NCBI GenBank assembly: GCA_964514795.1
Contig: CAZESW010000001.1
Location: forward strand, 1 to 32,262
Reading direction: 5' to 3'
Source of the DNA: an uncultured Alistipes sp.
GTDB lineage: Bacteria; Bacteroidota; Bacteroidia; Bacteroidales; Rikenellaceae
Length of the DNA: 32,262 nt
This document shows positions 26,493 through 32,262 of the stretch, in pieces. Each line of letters begins with the position of its first letter. Positions within the stretch are counted from its first letter, which is position 1. A program made the position numbers and the translations under genes. The notes below the pieces were generated by a model. That model made no database searches and was not told the origin of the DNA. It saw nothing but the letters and a program-made list of their open reading frames with translations.

Positions 26493-27518
26493 ATGAGAAC
26501 ATTTTATATAGGAAGAAATCCGGACAACGACATCGTATACAACGACGGTCAGGTCAGCGGGCGTCATGCCGAAATTACGGTCGGGGACGACGGACAGATT
26601 GTTTTTACTGATTACAGTACCAACGGTTCGTATATCAACGGCAATCCGATTCATCATGCGTCGCAGCAGGTGATGTATGGGGACGAAATCGTATTTCCGG
26701 GCGATATCCGGTTCGACTGGAATATGATTATACCGCAGTCGCAGCCGGACGTTATGTCGCAGCAGGTCAATATAATCTATAATCCGGGCATGGCAGATAA
26801 CGGCGGCTTCCCGCCGATTCCTCCCGTGCAGGATTCTCCGTGGCAGCAGTCGCCGAATGCCGGAGGGCTGAATTTCTCGCTTGCATTCAGCGAGGGTTTT
26901 GCGAGCGGTACAAGGAATGTTCTGCGGTTGTTGGCAATGTCGCTGTTGTTTGTGCTGACATGCTGGATTCCTTATATTAATGTCGGAACATTCATTGCCT
27001 TGTCTACACTGCCGGCACAGTATGCGACGGGCAATGCCGTCAATCCGCTGTCGATATTCGACAGCCGTTTCCGCAGGCCGATGGGTAATTTTATGATTTT
27101 GCAGGTGCTGTTTGCAGTGGTTGCTTTCGCATCGGGCTTCTTGGGGTTTATACCTGCCTTGGTGCTCTTCTACTCGTGGAATCTGGCTTCGTTGTTTGTC
27201 GTTGAGAACGGCATGAATCCGTTCGACGCGATGGATGCGTCGCACAAATGCACGTATGGCAGCAAATGGACGATGTTCGCCATTCATTTGGTTTACGTCC
27301 TGTGCGTTGCGCTCGTACTGGCAATAATCATCGGTTTGGCATATATTGTATTGGCCGGCATTGCAGGAGACATCGTAGAATACTATCGGAATATGACGGC
27401 CTGCACTGTCGTTACGGTGATATTCGGTATCTTATTGCTTGTATGCATGCTCTTTGCATCGTCGATAGGCATCGGAATAAACGGCTCGATTTGGCGGCAG
27501 CTTAAACAGATACAATAA
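26493..27518 (+). CDS. FHA domain fused to a multi-pass membrane domain
   Basis: YIGRNPDNDI...VSGRHA...STNGSYING, Pro/Gln linker, then about 5-6 TM helices. Confidence 0.85.
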   Translation: MRTFYIGRNPDNDIVYNDGQVSGRHAEITVGDDGQIVFTDYSTNGSYINGNPIHHASQQVMYGDEIVFPGDIRFDWNMIIPQSQPDVMSQQVNIIYNPGMADNGGFPPIPPVQDSPWQQSPNAGGLNFSLAFSEGFASGTRNVLRLLAMSLLFVLTCWIPYINVGTFIALSTLPAQYATGNAVNPLSIFDSRFRRPMGNFMILQVLFAVVAFASGFLGFIPALVLFYSWNLASLFVVENGMNPFDAMDASHKCTYGSKWTMFAIHLVYVLCVALVLAIIIGLAYIVLAGIAGDIVEYYRNMTACTVVTVIFGILLLVCMLFASSIGIGINGSIWRQLKQIQ

Positions 27519-27565
27519 ACACCACATTTAAATATCATTTTTTTATTAACCAAACTTTTATTATT

Positions 27566-28048
27566 ATGAAAAAATTATTTGTAATCGGAGCATTGGCTGT
27601 ATTGATGTCGTCCTGCTCCACCCACAAGGCAATGGTAAACACGACCCGTGTAAATCATCCGGTTATCGAATCGACTACTATGGCAACTGTCGATGTGGAT
27701 CAAAAGCGTATCACTTATAACTACGTTCCGACCCTCCAGGATACGAAGGCTCTCTCGGAGGCGCAGTTGATTCAGAATGCCATGTATATGGCATTGCAGG
27801 CTAACGGCAACGCCGATGTCCTCGTTAAGGTGAACAGTTTCGTTACTTATAAAAAGGGTCTGTTCGGCAAGCGCATCAAGAGCATATCCATATCCGGATA
27901 CCCTGCACGTTATGTCGATTTCCGTGAACCTTCGGACGACGATTTGAAGCGTGTGTTTGTCTTCAAATATTCCGGCGACAGCACGGAGCATTGCTGCTGT
28001 GATGAAAAACAGTCGTTCCTTTCCCGTCTGTTCGGCGGAAAGAAGTAG
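27566..28048 (+). CDS. Small lipoprotein, function unknown
   Basis: MKKLFVIGALAVLMSS-C lipobox; ADVLV...ISGYPA; no acidic patch after the Cys. Confidence 0.78.
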   Translation: MKKLFVIGALAVLMSSCSTHKAMVNTTRVNHPVIESTTMATVDVDQKRITYNYVPTLQDTKALSEAQLIQNAMYMALQANGNADVLVKVNSFVTYKKGLFGKRIKSISISGYPARYVDFREPSDDDLKRVFVFKYSGDSTEHCCCDEKQSFLSRLFGGKK

Positions 28049-28062
28049 CGAATAAAAGTATC

Positions 28063-28100
28063 GACTCCATTGAGATACAACACTCAATGGAGTCTTTCTT
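28063..28100 (+). terminator. Intra-cluster hairpin/terminator
   Basis: gactccattgag-atacaaca-ctcaatggagtc, 12-bp perfect stem followed by tttctt. Confidence 0.7.
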
Positions 28101-28116
28101 ATCGCCATAATAGCTT

Positions 28117-28893
28117 ATGAGAACAATTTATATAGGCAGAAACGTTTCGAACGATATCGTTCTGGACAGCCTCGTGGTTAGCGACCGTCATGCCGAATTG
28201 GTCATTGACGGCAACAATCGAATGATGCTTGTCGATTACAGCAGAAACGGAACAAGCGTGAACGGCAGACTGCTTTGCAACAACAGATGCGAGGTTTTTG
28301 TTAATGACCGGATAGTGTTTCCCGATGGACACGAACTGGACTGGAGTCAGATTTGTCAGCCTTCGCCCAAGACAATAGTGAATAGGCCGATGACGATGCC
28401 GGCGCCGTTAACCGATGGACCGGTCAATGTGGCGAATCCTGCCAACCACGGTATGGCTCAGAATGTAAATATCGTAATCGGTACGCCTAATCAGAACGGG
28501 AACTCCGGACAGTACACGGGTAATGGCATCCCGAACGCACCGGTTGAATATACCTCCATGTCAATGGGCGATGCAATAAATTCGGTATTCTCTAAGTTCG
28601 CTACATTTAATGGCCGTGCCCGCAGAAGCGAATACTGGTATTGGCAGCTGTTTTATATTCTGATTGCAATTATTCCGTTCTTAGGCTGGTTTGTCTGGCC
28701 GATAGTCGCATTTATTCCGACCCTGGCACTGACCGTTCGCCGGCTCCATGACACGGGAAAGAGCGGATTGCTGCTGCTGTTATTGTTGATACCGTTTGCG
28801 AATTTTATCATAAGCATAATATTTTTTGTCTGGTACTGTACCGACAGCGAGCCCGGAACCAATCAATACGGTCCGAATCCCAAGACAAGATAA
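28117..28893 (+). CDS. FHA domain fused to DUF805 (YhaH-like) membrane domain
   Basis: YIGRNVSNDI...VSDRHA...SRNGTSVNG; DUF805 hallmarks FNGRARRSEYW, VRRLHDTGKSG and GTNQYGPNP. Confidence 0.9.
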   Translation: MRTIYIGRNVSNDIVLDSLVVSDRHAELVIDGNNRMMLVDYSRNGTSVNGRLLCNNRCEVFVNDRIVFPDGHELDWSQICQPSPKTIVNRPMTMPAPLTDGPVNVANPANHGMAQNVNIVIGTPNQNGNSGQYTGNGIPNAPVEYTSMSMGDAINSVFSKFATFNGRARRSEYWYWQLFYILIAIIPFLGWFVWPIVAFIPTLALTVRRLHDTGKSGLLLLLLLIPFANFIISIIFFVWYCTDSEPGTNQYGPNPKTR

Positions 28894-28987
28894 ATCAGGT
28901 AACTATATACAACTTTACACCAAAATAAAATTAGGTGACGTTGTTCGCCCGACGGGCTATGTTCATGTAGTTCTCGCGAAGGTAAAG

Positions 28988-29027
28988 AAAAGAGGTCCGG
29001 CATTTGAACGCCGGACCTCGGTTTTTT
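28988..29027. terminator. Bidirectional intrinsic terminator
   Basis: aaaa-gaggtccggc-atttgaac-gccggacctc-ggtttttt between convergent units. Confidence 0.85.
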
Positions 29028-29040
29028 CAACGGACGGAGC

Positions 29041-31515
29041 CTATCGGTTCGGGGTCGTCCATTTTTTACCTTCGGAGCAGACGATATTCAGAACCTTGTC
29101 GCCTGCCTGCATGCGGAAATCGCCCTTTTCGAGCACCCATTTTCCGTCATAGCCCACGAATGCGAGGTCGGAACCCTTGATTCTTAACTCGACGGTCTTC
29201 GTTTCGCCCGGTTGCAGCTCGATTTTTTCGAAAGCGCGCAGACGGCGGTTGTCCGGCGACAGCGAAGCCACCAAATCGCTGCTGAAAAGCAGTACGCTCT
29301 CCTTGCCCGCACGGTTGCCCGTATTGGTCACATCGACGGTAAATGTCAGCGTGTCGTCTGCCTTGAATTCGGATTTGTCCACCTTGAAGTTGCCGTATGC
29401 GAATGTGGTATAACTCTGTCCGTAGCCGAATGCCCACTGTACCGCAACCTGCGCGTCGTAGTTGTAGGCTCCCTCCATCTGTTTTCCGATGTGCTCGCAC
29501 GGCTTGTAGTCGTAGGTAATCAGCGAATTAATCTCGCGCGGATAGGTGAACGGAAGTTTTCCGCTGAAATTGGCGTCGCCCGCCAGCAGATTCGCGAGTG
29601 CATCGCCTCCGTAGTTGCCCGGCAGCATAATGTCCACGACGGCTTTTGCCAGCGGTTCGATGTCGGCTACCAGTCGCGGACGACCTTCGTTCAGAATCAG
29701 GACAACAGGTTTACCCGTGCGAGCGAGGGTCTTAACCAGTTCGCTCTGGTTCTCCGAAAGGGTGAGATTCGTGAGGTTGCCCGGCGTCTCGCAGTAGGAG
29801 TTCTCGCCGATACATGCCACGATACAATCGACATTCTCGGCAGCCGCTACCGCCTTTTCAATCTCGGGCGCGTTCTCCTCCCACCAGTTGCCGCCCTGCT
29901 TGTAGGTGACGCCTGCTTCGTAGACTACGTTCTCGGCGCCGAATTTCGCGGTCAGGGCTTCGAGAATCGTGTTGTAGTCGGCTGCGCAGGCATCGGTCTT
30001 GTCGCCCTGCCACGAGTAGGACCAGCCGCCGTTGAGCGTGCGCATGGAGTTGGCATTCGGACCCGTTACCAGAATCTTCGTTCCCTGTGCCAGCGGCAGT
30101 ATGCCGTCGGTATTTTTGAGCAGAACGAGCGACTCCTCGGCGGCTTTCAGCGCTACGGCTGCATGTTCCTTGCTGCCGAACAGCGGGAAATCCTTAATGT
30201 CGTAGTACGGCTTTTCGAAGAGGTTCAGACGGTATTTCATGCGCAGAATGCGGCGCACCGCATCGTCGATACGGCTCATCGGCACTTCGCCCTCCTCGAC
30301 AAGTTCTTTGAGCAGCGGACAGAAATTATAGTCGTACGGGTCCATCGACATGTCGATGCCGGCATTGATTGCCAGTTTGATAGCCTCCTTCTTGTCCTTG
30401 GCGATATGGTCGCGGGTATAGAGGTTGTTGATGTCCGCCCAGTCGGTTACAATCATGCCGTCCCATCCGAGGTCCTCTTTGAGCCACTTCGTCAGCAGTT
30501 CGTAGTTGGCATGCATCGGCAGACCGTTGTTCATCGCCGAATTTACCATCACCGAGAGCGCTCCCGCACGGACCATTTCGAGATACGGCGCGAAATGCTT
30601 CTCGCGCAGGTCCTGAACCGTAATCGAAGCCGGAGTGCGGTCTTTGCCGCTTACGGGAACTCCGTAACCCATATAGTGTTTCATGCAGGCTGCGACGTGT
30701 CGGTCGTCGATGCGGTTCGGATTGTCGCCCTGAAATCCGAGCACTGCCTCGCGTCCCATTTCGGCGTTCAGATAGCAGTCCTCGCCGTAGTTTTCCCACA
30801 TGCGCGGCCAACGCGGGTCGCGTCCGAGATCTGTCACTGGGGCATAGGTCCACGGAATGCTTCCCGCCTTGGTTTCGTAAGCCGAGATGCGGGCACCTTC
30901 GCGCGTAAGTTCGCGGTTGAAGGAGGCTGCCATGTTTATACCCTGCGGGAAGAACGTTCCGCCCAGCGTGTAGGTCGTGCCGTGAATCTGGTCTACGCCG
31001 TAGATGCACGGGATGCCGATTGCCTCCATCGATTTCTCCTGTATGCGGCGGATAATCTCCTGCCACTTCTCGGGAGTCTGCGCCACGCCTGCCGGAACGT
31101 TGAGTATCGAACCGACCTTGTAGGTGCCGATAATCTTGTCGAGCATCGCTTCGTCCAGTTGGAATCCGCCGGCGTTCTCGATGTCCATGATGCGCGTATA
31201 AATCGCCGTCATGGTCTCCTGCGAGAGGTTCGAGAGGTCGAATTCCTTTTCGACGCCGTATTTCACGAGCAGCCGTTCGATGTCCTCTTTCGTGGTCGTC
31301 TGCGGCGAAAGTCCCGCAAACGGGTTGTTGCGCTTTTGCAGCACGTCGATGGTGAGTTCGCACATCTGACCGACCTTCTCGTCGAGTGTCATTCGGCGCA
31401 GCAGCTTCTCGACCTGCCGCTCGATTTTATCGTTGCGCGGAATTGCGGTTTCCGCCGCACGGAGCGCTGTCGTCAGCAGTCCGACAGCGCAAAACAGCAT
31501 TAATATTCTTTTCAT
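29041..31515 (-). CDS. Glycoside hydrolase family 3 beta-glucosidase (BglX-like)
   Basis: Signal peptide; [23 protein letters not shown], nucleophile [20 protein letters not shown] and a C-terminal Fn3-like domain. Confidence 0.93.
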   Translation of the reverse strand: MKRILMLFCAVGLLTTALRAAETAIPRNDKIERQVEKLLRRMTLDEKVGQMCELTIDVLQKRNNPFAGLSPQTTTKEDIERLLVKYGVEKEFDLSNLSQETMTAIYTRIMDIENAGGFQLDEAMLDKIIGTYKVGSILNVPAGVAQTPEKWQEIIRRIQEKSMEAIGIPCIYGVDQIHGTTYTLGGTFFPQGINMAASFNRELTREGARISAYETKAGSIPWTYAPVTDLGRDPRWPRMWENYGEDCYLNAEMGREAVLGFQGDNPNRIDDRHVAACMKHYMGYGVPVSGKDRTPASITVQDLREKHFAPYLEMVRAGALSVMVNSAMNNGLPMHANYELLTKWLKEDLGWDGMIVTDWADINNLYTRDHIAKDKKEAIKLAINAGIDMSMDPYDYNFCPLLKELVEEGEVPMSRIDDAVRRILRMKYRLNLFEKPYYDIKDFPLFGSKEHAAVALKAAEESLVLLKNTDGILPLAQGTKILVTGPNANSMRTLNGGWSYSWQGDKTDACAADYNTILEALTAKFGAENVVYEAGVTYKQGGNWWEENAPEIEKAVAAAENVDCIVACIGENSYCETPGNLTNLTLSENQSELVKTLARTGKPVVLILNEGRPRLVADIEPLAKAVVDIMLPGNYGGDALANLLAGDANFSGKLPFTYPREINSLITYDYKPCEHIGKQMEGAYNYDAQVAVQWAFGYGQSYTTFAYGNFKVDKSEFKADDTLTFTVDVTNTGNRAGKESVLLFSSDLVASLSPDNRRLRAFEKIELQPGETKTVELRIKGSDLAFVGYDGKWVLEKGDFRMQAGDKVLNIVCSEGKKWTTPNR

Positions 31516-31528
31516 AGTGTCAGTAGTT

Positions 31529-32260
<732 letters not shown>

Positions 32261-32262
32261 CC

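Noticed and set aside
8238-28893. Calling the cluster a type VI secretion system or a TerY-phosphorylation triad
   Set aside because: No sheath, Hcp, VgrG, baseplate or ClpV genes; the vWA protein is large and secreted, unlike the small cytoplasmic TerY, and no ter genes are present.
28894-28990. Possible small RNA (minus-strand TACCTTCG box, short gcccg/cgggc stem)
   Set aside because: The box deviates from consensus and the stem is short; support is insufficient.
29212-31503. 763-aa plus-strand ORF
   Set aside because: Antisense shadow of the GH3 gene.

Overview
Bacteroidales-type DNA (TAnnTTTG promoter boxes, BACON and PorT-like barrel proteins, lipobox signals; Alistipes/Rikenellaceae-like by inference). 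Left part: a heptamer-based tandem repeat, a type I restriction R subunit (hsdR), a 73-bp-period direct repeat carrying a promoter, two tandem secreted S1/P1 nucleases, an acidic repeat lipoprotein and a beta carbonic anhydrase. Centre (8238-28893): 17 co-directional, tightly packed genes encoding two membrane-anchored Ser/Thr kinases, a PP2C phosphatase, five FHA proteins (one fused to a trypsin-like protease), a TssR-like vWA protein, an outer-membrane beta-barrel, a LolD/FtsX-type ABC system, a multi-BACON lipoprotein and several unknown envelope proteins. No T6SS core genes are in the window. Directly upstream, a perfect 24-bp inverted repeat (7925-7948 / 8173-8196) brackets a 224-bp AT-rich segment whose Bacteroidetes promoter points away from the cluster; inversion would place a TAACTTTG box in front of it. 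The best candidate for an undescribed system is therefore a phase-variable, envelope-spanning Ser/Thr phosphosignalling machine, captured here in the inferred OFF state. Right part: a GH3 beta-glucosidase and a truncated esterase on the minus strand. All family calls come from motif reading; no database search was run.
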